A DNA stretch of 63,869 bases, the filler included, from Licmophora abbreviata (lineage: Eukaryota): NCBI GenBank assembly GCA_900291995.1. It is 10 parts of 10 records of this genome, joined end to end, with 100 filler letters (N's around TTAATTAATTAA, not from the genome) between each part and the next. Parts side by side here need not be neighbours in the genome. Positions count along the whole stretch, not along the records: positions 11,523 to 19,009 come from OLMU01001967.1; positions 19,110 to 21,998 come from OLMU01001968.1; positions 22,099 to 38,018 come from OLMU01001969.1; 7 more parts are not named here. One strand, written 5' to 3'. Both the position numbers and the translations under genes were made by a program. The notes below the pieces were generated by a model. It searched no databases. It saw only the letters and a program-made list of their open reading frames with translations, and was not told the origin of the DNA. This document shows, piece after piece, positions 11,889 to 22,963 of the stretch. Within the stretch, counting starts at the first letter, position 1; every line of letters starts with the position of its first letter.

Positions 11889-12352
11889 ATGAAGCTGGTC
11901 AAGTTCTTGCAGAAGCTGAATAGAGAGCAAGTGGCGATAGAGCTGAAAAATGGAACCGTTGTACAGGGGACAGTTGTCGGCGTTGACGCTACAATGAATT
12001 GCCATCTCAAGAAAGCCAAAGTGACAGTGTAAGTAATTGAAATATGCTGGTGGGGATGGGTGACTGATACTCTGTGTATCTCTGCTGCTACGGTGCTGGT
12101 TGTGATCTGTCTCGTGCGGTATCTCAACTCTGGTTGTCGTTTCGCTTTTTTTTTGTCAGTCGAGGGAAGAATCCAGTTTCCTATGCCACATTGAGCGTCC
12201 GTGGGTCAACGATGCGGGCCTGGATATTGCCGGAATCACTCAACTTGGATGCACTATTGGTAGATGATACTCCTAAGCAGACAGTAGTGAAACCCGTCCA
12301 GCCGGCTGGGGGTCGCGGAAGAGGGCGCGGGAGAGGCAGGGGTAGAAGATGA
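11889..12352 (+). CDS. SMD1: Small nuclear ribonucleoprotein Sm D1, 2 exons (intron 12029-12159)
   Basis: [41 protein letters not shown]|...[26 protein letters not shown], ending in a GR-repeat tail. Confidence 0.95.
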
Positions 12353-12598
12353 GCGCAAAGTTCGGAAGGATTCGTTCCATTGTGGCGACCGTAGTAATTG
12401 CTTTTTTGTTCGGATTCAGACAGATGCTGAAAACCTGTCAGTGCTCGCGACGCACTGCAGCTACGCTACGATTTATTCACGTCGTATGGACATTTGAACT
12501 AGCTATGAGCGGCTCTATTTTATGTGAACACGTCGTGTCTGGTAGGGCAATTCCGTAGTATTCATGTCTAAGAAGTCATTCGTTCTCGGAAACCACTT

Positions 12599-15500
12599 TC
12601 AAGAAGAGTGCAAATGATTCTTTGGTTCTGATTCTTCCTTACTTCCACGTTGTCTGGTCAAAACCGCGGTAAAGGAACGGTTCGTGAGGCGGGCTGCGGC
12701 AACCACCACAAAGACTAAGGTTGTCGCGATCCAACTTAAGTACCACTGACTCTCTGTAATCAGCACAATCACACTCAAAATCCACAGAACAATCTGCATG
12801 GGTGTACCTATGATGAGGAAATCTTTGTACTGTTAAAACATGAAAGGGGGCTGTGAGATCAACGGGACTCCAAAATTCCGTGCAGTTTATTGTTCCCCCT
12901 TCTTACCTTGTATCCTCCTGGACCGTAGATCATCAAGTTGGTCGTGTACCCAAAGGGTGACATAAAACTTGCTGACGCACCAAGCATGACGCAGTAGCTC
13001 ATCAAGGTCACGTCTGTCCCCGTCTTCTCGGCAGCATCAATGGCGATGGGGAATATCAGCGCCGCAGCAGCGTTGTTCGTGACGACGTTGCTGATGAGAA
13101 AAGTAGCCAAATAGACAGCACCGAACAGCCCAGCGTCTATGTTGAATCCAAGAGAAGGTGATAGTGTGGGTCAGAGTTTCCATGCTGGACACGGGATTTC
13201 TCCGCACGTCCATGGACTTACCTCCGATTCCCAGAGCTTCCCCGACATCCGTAAGGAATTGCGCAATGGCATCTGCGATTCCAGAGTTGGTTAGCGCCGT
13301 ACCAATTCCAAAAGCGCACGCAATGGTGACGAAGATTTCCCAGTTCACCGCTTGACGAGCCTCCTGTTCTGACATGACTCCAAGTACTACCATGAGGATT
13401 GCTGCGACGAGACCGCAAACCAGAAGAGAAGCAACTCCGGCCGTAAATGCAATCAACATTGCCGCCGCAATGATCAGAGCAGGAATGAGGTACCGGAGCC
13501 GGGGAGGGGCAGAGTCTTCAACTTCAGCAAGTAGAGCAAAGGAGCGATCGTGATCTCCAGTTCTTTGGATGAACGTAGGGCCAGCTTCGAGAAGGAGAAC
13601 GTCACCACCTTGGAGCTTGATTCGTCCAGGATGATCGTGAATCCGCTGACCTTCTCGATGTACCGCGATGACGGCGGCGCCATAGCGCGTTCGGAAATGA
13701 GCTTCTTTTACAGTCTTGCCCGCAAGAGGCCCTTTTCTGGCAACCACAGCCTGGACGAGCCGTCGATCGTATACTTTATCTTCAATCTTATCAACTTCTT
13801 CACTCTGATAGGACTTCAATCCCGGAATCTTACGCAGGTCTCCAACAGCTGAAGCAGAACCAGCAAACCAAAGCACGTCACCGTCTTTCAGGGGGTCTTC
13901 AGGATCGATGGCTACGAAGGTCGGTTCTGTCGTCTGTAGAGTCCCATCGACGCTGCCGGCAGCACTCGCTGATATATCGGACGGAGAGAGAATCTGCACC
14001 CTGGTCTTACGTTCGCCGTCCGGGCGTTCCACCGGTCTCTCAATGCTCACGAGGAATACCCCTGGAAGCTTCCTTATTCCCGCCTGTCCCGCAGTTTTGT
14101 TTGCGAACTGAGAGTTGGGCGCAACTTCCATGGCAGTAAGAAACTCTCTCGCCCCCACATCTCTAGATGCTGACTGCGTCTCGTCTGGAAAAGCTACTCT
14201 GAGGTCTTTCCACACTGCTTCCATGGCTTCCACGTCGACGAGGGCTGTATCATCCTATGATTCAAAGACGGGAGTATATGAGATAAGAACTAAACCATAG
14301 AGCTTGCATTTGCAACGATTACGTACCACATGGTCAAGTGCCTCGTCGCTTTCGAGAGACCGGGCCTCGACATCATCGTCGTTTTCGTCGTCCGATCCCC
14401 CAATGAAGAATCCATTTTCCATATCATCCTCAGTGCTTCGGGAAGTTCGGGGCACTTCTTCTGATTCTGTGTAGTCATCGAGTTTAGTGTCTGAGACTGA
14501 AAAGCGTTTGGTCACCATCTTCACGAGAGATGAAACTGAGCTAGTTCGAGAGGGTATTTCCGATGCGGCGGACTCCGCTTGTTTGCGATAAAAGTCTTCT
14601 GGTGGACGCGTGAGTAAGGGCGAACCTTCCCCCGCTTGTAGAACAAGGACATCGCCTGCCTCAAAGCGAACTTGAGACAGGGCAGTCACTGTGTTGTTTC
14701 CTCCCCTCTGGACTGCAACGATTGCTGCTTTGTATGTTTCGCGGAAATCCACTTCACCTGCAGTGCTACCAATCAGACGTGACGATTTCGTGACAACAGC
14801 CCGAATGACTTTAAGTCCTCTCGTCTTCACGGCCTGAATTCCACTGTCGTTCTCGAACAGAGCATTCAGAACAGACCAAACCTCCTCCTCATCTAGCAGG
14901 TCGCCATCCAAGCACTCGCAGCGCCAGATTGAAACCGACCTTTCATCGACCACCGCAGCCTCAGTGTGCCGCAACTGGAGATTAAGACGGAGCAAGCCTT
15001 TCGATATATCCAGCAAGAGACCAGGGCGATCGCGGGTATTGACACCCACGAGGACCAGGTGCTGCTTGTTAAGGTGCTCAGTGGTGACTACAATTTTGGG
15101 TGGGTCAGATCCATGTAGCCCCATAGACTGCTGTCGATCCGTCGTTGTGTCGCCTGTAGTATCACGGATCACGTCTTCAAGGAGTTCAAGCGGAAAGCCT
15201 GTCAGTCTGGTACACGAGAACGAAACGAGGGTGTACCTTTCGACTCACCTGTCAATCGATTTATGATTCGCAAACGCTCCGCCTGATCTGCCTGCACCAG
15301 AGATTCCTTGGTGATTCCGACTTCGCATGGTACGTCATTGACGTCTTCGCACTCGTTCTCCGCCACGCTCGCCAGTGGTCCCGTACTCGCTACAAGTTGC
15401 GGTACAGAAGGAGTATCTGCCGTGTCATCCGCGAATTGAACTGTCCTATCTGTCGTACCCTCCTCCGCCTCGTCACTGTGATCTTCCTCATTTTCCGGGA

Positions 15501-16646
15501 CCGTGGGAGGCGTGCCACTTATCGTATCTTCTACTTCATTCGTCACAACTTCTAAACCATGTTCTTCGCAAAACTCGCCAAAGCCCTCCACCAGCCCGGT
15601 GAAGTATAAAACGTCGCCAACATTCAAGACAAAGTCTTGTCCAACAGCCCGATGGACGTTTCCCGTTGCAGCACGATGGACGCTCACTAAAAAGAGACCT
15701 CCTGTGTCTCGAAGTCCACTTCGTTTGACGGATCGTCCAGCCGCGGGCGACCATTGCGTGAGCCTTGCTCCAAGCAGAAGCTCGTCCCCATCCAGGGGAA
15801 TGACACCATCCTTGTCAGAGGAGCGTCGCTTGCCTCCTGGCAACAAGAATGGAGATGCCACAAGAATATATGCGACTCCCGCAATAGCAATAGGCACTCC
15901 AAACTTTCCCAGATCGAATAACCCAATACTGACAGCATCATCGTCTGGAAAGCGGTCGTCCAAGAGACCGACTACGACCAGATTGGTGGACGTGCCAATC
16001 AAGGTACAAGTGCCACCGAGAATACTGGCAAAACTGAGCGGGATCAAGAGTTGCTGTGCATTCTTGCGAGTGCTCCGAGCCCATTTTTGGACAATCGGGA
16101 TCATGACAGCGACGACTGGGGTGTTGTTCAGGAAAGCCGAAACAGCGGCAATGGGGACCATGAGCCGAAGTTGCGCGCCTGCTGTAGTCGCAGGCGATCC
16201 CAAGAGCTTGCCCATGTACCAATCGAGTGCTCCAGTAACAGAGATACCTTCCGCGACAACAAACAGAATCTATGCAAGCAGACCAAGTATGAGGGAAAAC
16301 ATGAGAAAACTTCGAACAGTACACTCATTCGAAACAGATCGTGCACATGACATACCATGACCGTCAGAAGACCTTCATTACTAAATCCTTCGAGTCCTTC
16401 AGACACACTGATGATTCCCGAAGCCATACAAAGCGTCAGAGCTGTTAGCATGACAGCATCCGCACCGACACGATCCGATAGCAGTGCGATGAACATGTAG
16501 AGAAGGACAAAGCACATGTAGACGACCTCCCATGTCTCGGTTTTTTCTGTGTCCTCCAAGCGACGAGGCATCTGGACGGGACACGGGCACATGAGGTCCT
16601 CTTCATTGTGAAAGGGACGATGCCATACAGATTCCTCGCCTCTCAT
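12599..16646 (-). CDS. SLC13-family anion transporter with TrkA-C (RCK_C) domains, SLT/SAC1-like Na+/sulfate symporter, about 6 exons
   Basis: GFSNEGLLTV, SAFLNNTPVVA, PLSFASILGGTCTLIGTSTNLVV, repeated TrkA-C units (LFLVSVHR, AAIVAVQR, GAAVIAVHR), VVTNNAAAALIFPIA, ASASFMSPFGYTTNLMIYGPGGY. Confidence 0.92.
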
Positions 16647-17006
16647 GGTTTAGTAAAGATAAGACAGCGTAGACAGCTGAAAACCGTTCAAACTTCAAGA
16701 CCTCTCTCGACTTCGCCTGAATTCTCCGTTTTTCGCCGTCAAGAAGCCCTTTTTCTCTCTTTCTTTCGCTTTTCTGATTAACTTGCCTATTTACTGTGGC
16801 ACTTGACGACGTGCTTTAGCTTCTCAAGTGCTTTGAGTAGTCAGGAGAGGGCTCTGTTCGTTGCTGCGTTGAGGTGATGTCGAGAAAATGCAAAATGCTG
16901 TCCGTTCAAAATGCGCGCTCATCATCACAAAAAAGGAAACGCAACGTTCGTTCAATGAAGCGCGCAGGAAGGCACGCAAAGACCGCGCGACAAGCGGGAA
17001 TGGATG

Positions 17007-17090
17007 GAGTCACGAGTCTCCAGTGACTTGGGGTCACGACTCAGTCAGTTGAGTCACGAGTCACCACCAAGTCAAGTTTGGTCCGAGTCG
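17007..17090. promoter_or_regulatory. Cluster of GAGTC/TGAGTCA motifs in the divergent promoter of the SLC13 transporter and menin genes
   Basis: Six GAGTC/GACTC in 84 bp, including TGAGTCA at 17050. Confidence 0.35.
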
Positions 17091-17264
17091 AGCTTGAAAG
17101 ATGCAAAGATTCGGATGGTCCTTGTTGACCCGTTGGTTCTATTCAGAGCCTTCAATCGCTACCACTCCGGCAGTTGCGTCCACTAGACTTTCTCTACTGG
17201 TACGTAGCTTGGGTGCCGAGAAAAGCCGGGAATCACTGCGACATCAGTCGAGAGTCACTTCATA

Positions 17265-18983
17265 ATGGCGCGCACGACATGCGTCTATGACGACCCGTCG
17301 TTGGCGTCGACCGAGTCGAAGCACTGGCGCTCCCTCGATCATCAGCCAGGAGACGAGGTCATCCGTAGTCTCGAGGAATTGGTAGAACAGTTCCGTACGC
17401 TTGTTCTGAAATACCATCAGCAAGAAGCTGGCGACAACCAGGCCAACGGACGCACTGTCGCCCTTTGGAGCTGTATCTTCGGTTTCTGTGAATCTTTGGC
17501 GACATCCAAGAAGCCTGAAAGACGTTTCAGAATCTTCCCCATTCCCATTGGTGCCCTTCTGAGGCTTGTCCAAGATGAGTTCTGTTCTTGCCTCGACAGT
17601 CTCGCGGTGGAACGTGGAGACACGCCCCATCGACAGGCCGTGCGATCCGTGTCGAATTGGGTTTGGGCGAATGTGGCATCAAAGTCCAATGTCAAAGATG
17701 AGCTTCATGCCAACAGTCTATATGTTTGTCTTCGCGGTAAACAAGTTGATCAAAAAAGCCTGGATTGTTTTGGAGCTGCTCTGTGTACGGTGATTGGAAT
17801 GCAATGCTTGGGCTATGGATCGATGCTTGCTCTCAGTGAAGACCATGCTTATGAGCTGCACATGTCTGATCACGGAGATGATTACGCAACATGCGAAGTG
17901 GCTGTTCCTGGAAACACCCAATTGACAAAGAGCAAGCGTGGACGTGAAATACATGAGACCTTCCGGGACAAGCCAAAACTATCCGCTGCCACGAGTTGGT
18001 TGTACATGTGGCACTCTCAAGTGCAGTGTCAGTCTGTTCATGAGCTTCTTGCCGCTGCACTCGCCAACATGAACTGTGTCGTTGAAGCAACGAAGAAAGT
18101 ACAACTTTACAGTGGACCTCTGTTCGATTTAAAGCGCAGCCTTCTGTGGATTATGTATCAGGAACACGGTATAACTGATTTTCCATATGCTTTGATGGAG
18201 CTAGGCGACTGCGAAGAGCACCGTCCGTCCGAACAAGGGCAAACCTGGGTTCAGCCAGCCGAGCTTGGAGGGACACCGTGCCTCAAAATGGAAGCGCTTT
18301 ACCACGAAGCTGTCGATATTTCACGAGAGCGCTTTAAGGATGGACAGGTGTACCCATACTGCTACATGGGAAACTATCACAAGGATGCTGGTCAGGAAGA
18401 GGAGTACAGACTTGTTGAAGCACTTCGGTGCTACGCACAGGCTAGTCGCGTGGCTAGCGGCTACTTATATGACTGGAGTGACTCGTTACAGCTTACAAAA
18501 GTCATGGTGAAACTTTCCGAGGTGATTCGAGGGGAAATTTTGACAGATGAGAATGCCGGGAAGCAATGGAAAGACGAAGCGTGTCAAATCGCAGCGGGCA
18601 CGTGGCTCGTTGCTTTCTTTGACTCCTTACTACTATGGGAAGAGCGTACAGAAATTTCGTTCCTTCCTATTCTTACTCCTACCCACAGAACAGGTATTAG
18701 CAAGCTTGTTGAGCTCCTCCCTCACTCTGTGCGTCTAAGTATCGTGGCCAGAATGGCCGCTTCAAGTGACGAGAACGACGCTTCGATCATTCGCGGTAAA
18801 CCCATCACGAGCGCCGCTGACTTGTGCTTTTTCACGAGGCCCCGAAGTCGTCGATTGTTTCGAGCTGGATTATTAGTAGGCGCTATGAAGCGAAGTAAGT
18901 GTTCTATTGGGGACATGGAGCTCGCCATGGTAGTGGAGTCTGATGATGGCTGTGGTCGAACCAAGCGAAGTCGGAGGCGTTAA
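17265..18983 (+). CDS. MEN1: Menin homolog, 572 aa, intronless
   Basis: Colinear menin blocks: VSNWVW, KDELHANSLY, LDCFGAA, LALSEDHAY, SWLYM, LLWIMY, FPYALMELGDCEE, LYHEAV, VYPYCYMGNYH, EALRCYAQA...YLY, FFDSLLLWEE...PIL, and a basic C-terminal NLS-like tail. Confidence 0.88.
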   Translation: MARTTCVYDDPSLASTESKHWRSLDHQPGDEVIRSLEELVEQFRTLVLKYHQQEAGDNQANGRTVALWSCIFGFCESLATSKKPERRFRIFPIPIGALLRLVQDEFCSCLDSLAVERGDTPHRQAVRSVSNWVWANVASKSNVKDELHANSLYVCLRGKQVDQKSLDCFGAALCTVIGMQCLGYGSMLALSEDHAYELHMSDHGDDYATCEVAVPGNTQLTKSKRGREIHETFRDKPKLSAATSWLYMWHSQVQCQSVHELLAAALANMNCVVEATKKVQLYSGPLFDLKRSLLWIMYQEHGITDFPYALMELGDCEEHRPSEQGQTWVQPAELGGTPCLKMEALYHEAVDISRERFKDGQVYPYCYMGNYHKDAGQEEEYRLVEALRCYAQASRVASGYLYDWSDSLQLTKVMVKLSEVIRGEILTDENAGKQWKDEACQIAAGTWLVAFFDSLLLWEERTEISFLPILTPTHRTGISKLVELLPHSVRLSIVARMAASSDENDASIIRGKPITSAADLCFFTRPRSRRLFRAGLLVGAMKRSKCSIGDMELAMVVESDDGCGRTKRSRRR

Positions 18984-19443
18984 CACGCATTGCAGTAGTA
19001 ACGAGTCTTNNNNNNNNNNNNNNNNNNNNNNNNNNNNNNNNNNNNNNNNNNNNTTAATTAATTAANNNNNNNNNNNNNNNNNNNNNNNNNNNNNNNNNNN
19101 NNNNNNNNNGTACACTGCCTGGTACCAGGTACACTAGCTAGGTACCACCAGCACAAGGCCTACACAAAGAGACCTCTTTCTGTTTGACGAGTACTTTTAG
19201 ACGACCAGGTGCCGGTAAATCGGTAATGCCTTTCTAGGAACCCTGTCGGCATCATGCTTGCTAGTCTACCGGTGGCAGAGGTATTGACTCTGAGAATGTT
19301 CCACGTACTGGTAGACTACGAGTAGCTCTATTGTAATGATTGTTTAACAGTTAAGATCGGGTGTGTCAGTCATCGTGTCGACACTTCGAGCTCTGGGAGC
19401 GGGAAAACGTGTACAGGCAAAACTCAAAATTCAAAATTCGAAA

Positions 19444-21378
19444 ATGCCGCGATCGGTCATTCTCGTCAGACCCACACACAGCCATTGTAAACTGCGGGGA
19501 ATGATGAGGCGGCATTATGGCATGTTATCGTCGCGAGCTGCGGCGCAGCGCCGTGTAGCACCCGTTCGGAGGTCTATGATCGGCACTCCCCGGGCTCAGC
19601 GTCGTTACTCGCTGTCTTGTATGGCATTTTTCGGATCGATCATTTTTCTCTCGGCTCTGCTACTGATGACGCTGCATTGGGTCGCTCAAAGTATCGCTTC
19701 TGGGAATACTACCAGAGCTAGTAGCAGTGACCCCTTGCCATTGTTAAAGGAGTCAGTATCAATGGAACACTCTACTGGATTGAAGTCCATCGACGCTTTG
19801 CGAAACGAGTTTTACCATCGCTACGGTGGTAAGGAACAAGCAGAGACATTTCTTGACAAGTCGATTCAGCTCTACGGTGACTTGGACGTGACTGCAGGCC
19901 GACTGCTACGAGCCAAGGTACACCACAATGCGACGTTTACAGTGGCCTTTGGAGGATACTCGGTCACGGTTGGGCGCGGGAACCACTTCCACCAGTCCTT
20001 TCCGTTCGTCACAGAGCGCTTGTTGCGAGGGCCACTCAAAGATACCTTGGGTATCGACTTGGTAGTTCGGAATGCCGCCATTGGAGGTATTCCTAGCTTC
20101 CCGTATGGATTCTGCATGCCACATTTCCTTGGAGTCGACGCCGATGTCATTAGCTGGGATTATGGTATGAACGAAGGCGGGGGAGCAAGTATTCTAGAGA
20201 GTTATGTCAGACATGGCCTTTCGCAGCTTCCGAAGCGTCCCATGCTCATCATGATGGACACAAACGCCGCTCGATCAAAACTTCTTCAGGACTACCACGA
20301 CCAGAATCTGTTACCCGATGTCATTCGCGTCGCCAAAGGAAAGGAAGTTATTGACAAGTCAATGCTAGACATGTCTGACGAGAAAAAGCCGGAAGGACTG
20401 AGAGAGTGGGATGAATTTGGGGCTCCCAAATCATGTCCGGGACGAAGTAGCTGGCATCCGAAGAAGCAAGAACATGAGTTCATCGGCTGGATGCTGGCAA
20501 TGCACCTGCTCAAAGCTGTCGAACGTGCTCATGAAATTATCCAAGAAGACGAGTCGTGGGAGGCGCATCACGCTATGGAGCTTCCTCTCCTGCCGTTTCC
20601 CCCTCTGCTTAGCAAAGACCCTCCATCTAATCCCAAGGAAGCTATGGAGCTACTATACGGTCATGAGGATGGACGAATGGGGGATATTTCGTGTCGCACA
20701 TCTTTCTTACCAGCTGTAGATCACGACAAGGCGCTTCCGTCTGTCGTCGTTTCGGGGATGGCAGAGGCAGCCAAGTCGTTGGATATAATGGAAGAGCGAA
20801 GCGATGAACTATATCAACAAGGCTGGGTCTCGGATGTCAGCAAGGTCGAGCGTGATACCAAGAAGAAGGTAGAACGGTGCGGTGGGCTGGGCTATATTGA
20901 CATGAAGGTCGCTCTGTACGGAATTCCTGAGAGCGGGGAGTTGCAGCTATGGCTCCCATTCGAGGGCACAGCACCTCCGGATACTGGGATAGACGATGCG
21001 CGGCAATGGTTTGATGATTTGATAGTGTGCGAAGCCAATGAGAAGCGAAAAGACGAAGCTTGTCAGCTGGACTCAGATGTCACATACGTGGTCGGAGGCA
21101 TAGAAGTGCCATCCACGAGAATCACGCACATTGATGGCGCTGGTGTCTATTTGAATCGTAAGACATGCGTACACGTCGGTGTCCCCGAGGGTGCAAAGAT
21201 TTCAAGATTGGGTGAGTTGCCGGGAGATCCATTCACTCTGGAAGAAAAACGGCAGCTAGCCGGTTGGAACGCAAGCGATCAGGACGTGGGTCTTCTGGTC
21301 TATTTCACCGCACAATCACGTGTGTCTCGAGCAAATGGAGCATGCTGCATCTCTCACATAATATGGGAACAGCCGTAA
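19444..21378 (+). CDS. Type II membrane SGNH-hydrolase-fold protein (paralog 1)
   Basis: N-terminal TM; FGGYSVTVGRGN (block I), NAAIGG (II), WDYGMNE (III), SSWHP (V). Start may instead be 19501. Confidence 0.75.
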   Translation: MPRSVILVRPTHSHCKLRGMMRRHYGMLSSRAAAQRRVAPVRRSMIGTPRAQRRYSLSCMAFFGSIIFLSALLLMTLHWVAQSIASGNTTRASSSDPLPLLKESVSMEHSTGLKSIDALRNEFYHRYGGKEQAETFLDKSIQLYGDLDVTAGRLLRAKVHHNATFTVAFGGYSVTVGRGNHFHQSFPFVTERLLRGPLKDTLGIDLVVRNAAIGGIPSFPYGFCMPHFLGVDADVISWDYGMNEGGGASILESYVRHGLSQLPKRPMLIMMDTNAARSKLLQDYHDQNLLPDVIRVAKGKEVIDKSMLDMSDEKKPEGLREWDEFGAPKSCPGRSSWHPKKQEHEFIGWMLAMHLLKAVERAHEIIQEDESWEAHHAMELPLLPFPPLLSKDPPSNPKEAMELLYGHEDGRMGDISCRTSFLPAVDHDKALPSVVVSGMAEAAKSLDIMEERSDELYQQGWVSDVSKVERDTKKKVERCGGLGYIDMKVALYGIPESGELQLWLPFEGTAPPDTGIDDARQWFDDLIVCEANEKRKDEACQLDSDVTYVVGGIEVPSTRITHIDGAGVYLNRKTCVHVGVPEGAKISRLGELPGDPFTLEEKRQLAGWNASDQDVGLLVYFTAQSRVSRANGACCISHIIWEQP

Positions 21379-21937
21379 ACGACTTTTGATATTATGAGCA
21401 AACACGCAACTTGTTCCGCTTTTTGTGTTCGCTGCGAGCATGTAGTCAGTCAGTCGTATAGTGTCTTTTTTAGAATGCTTCGCGAGGCCACCTTGCTCAT
21501 ACCAGGAACGAGTAGATATAGAGCTGGTGCTAAGTACGGTATCAGGTATCTGATATGAGTGGTGCAATACCACGTAAAAGGCAACCGGCTGCACTGGTAC
21601 TCCAGGTACGTGCGTCGAAGTTTGTTTTTTCTCAGTGTCAGACTCCCACTCGACTGTGAGATGTGGAACATGCTCCTCCCAAGTTAGTGGTAATGAGAGT
21701 TGAAGAACGAGTTCGCCAAAATGGTGGTGGGCCCCCTGGGGCGCCCAAGGTTTGGTTTCTCCACCCGTAACACGCCTCTTCATAGGGCCCTTCTTACTCT
21801 CGTGATCTTTCTCACACTAGAAGCGGAGTCGCAGGGATTCCTTCCCTCTGCACCCCGGGAAGCGGCAACACATATCAGTGTGCCAGGCTCTTCCATCACA
21901 TCCAGGCATCTTACTGTTTACTTCAGTCGGGGGACCC

Positions 21938-21989
21938 TCGAACCACTAACCTTGACGTCATGTCCAAGATGCGCCTCACACCACTTGCT
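21938..21989 (-). repeat. tRNA-like repeat, copy 1 (possible SINE head)
   Basis: 35 of 39 aligned columns identical to 22914-22952. Minus strand reads AAGTGGT...AGGCGC...AAGGTTAGTGGTTCGA. Confidence 0.5.
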
Positions 21990-22639
21990 TGTAATAAGNN
22001 NNNNNNNNNNNNNNNNNNNNNNNNNNNNNNNNNNNNNNNNNNTTAATTAATTAANNNNNNNNNNNNNNNNNNNNNNNNNNNNNNNNNNNNNNNNNNNNAT
22101 ATGCTATCTTATATACTCAGTACGAGTAAAGGAGCGAAAGATCTTTTACTTGAGGCTGAGTGTGTGTACCGTAATAGAGGCTGTGTGCCGAGCATGTGGG
22201 TGAAACTCAGCAGGACGCGTCTGCGTTCGAACATAAAGAGGTGTGTGATCACGCAGGACCCGATTCGATTCATTCCTCTCTTGGCGAAATACCCCCTACC
22301 ACGGTATTCAAGCTCCAGTACTGGCACAGTACCATGGAGCCGGATTAGACCTATTGAATTTGCATGTCGTCCTTCGTGCCTGATAGCGTCTTTGCTTGTA
22401 TTGTCTAGCTAGGCTTGCACCGTTTCCGCTTTCTTCTCGAATCTCTGGCTGGTAGCCGAGGCTGACATCTTCTCGCCTCCGGTATATTTTATGAGGTTCC
22501 ATGCAACCGAGTGCCCACCATTGCAACGCAACCAGCTTTTGGGCTTTGTTGTTTACCTGGTTGACTTCTCGCTCGTGGACTTTTGGGATACATTGTTGTT
22601 TAACTGGTTGGCCCCTCGTGGTCTTGGCATACGGTACAA

Positions 22640-22695
22640 CAACAAAAGGTGGTGGCGCCTCCTGGGGCAACAAAAGGTGGTGGCGCCTCCTGGGG
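22640..22695. repeat. Perfect 28-bp tandem duplication CAACAAAAGGTGGTGGCGCCTCCTGGGG x2
   Basis: Directly visible, no spacer between copies. Confidence 0.9.
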
Positions 22696-22904
22696 CGATG
22701 CACAAGGTGCTCGACGTGGTTTTCGTGTTGTCGAATGAAGAGTGTTCTGAGCTCCTCAAGTAGGAATCGTCTGTGCGATTGCTATGTGTCTGGACTACGG
22801 TACGGGCACTAGTACGTCGTAGATATGTGTTTACTGCCTGGTTTACGCACGTGTTGCGGATGCAGGGATATTGTCAATGACTGACTGAGAAAGTATCGCC
22901 GATT

Positions 22905-22963
22905 GCGATGGATTCGAACCACGGACCTTGATCGTCTTGTCCAAGATGCGCCGCTCACCTTGC
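22905..22963 (-). repeat. tRNA-like repeat, copy 2, with intact B-box/T-arm GGTTCGAATCC
   Basis: Minus strand reads GGCGCATCTTGGACAAGACGATCAAGGTCCGTGGTTCGAATCCAT. No complete acceptor stem found. Confidence 0.5.

Noticed and set aside
22640..22695. 28-bp direct repeat as a possible CRISPR array
   Set aside because: Only two adjacent copies, no spacer, no cas genes, eukaryotic context.
21380..22900. Short ORFs as a transposase or retroelement
   Set aside because: No RT, integrase, DDE or gag motifs recognisable.
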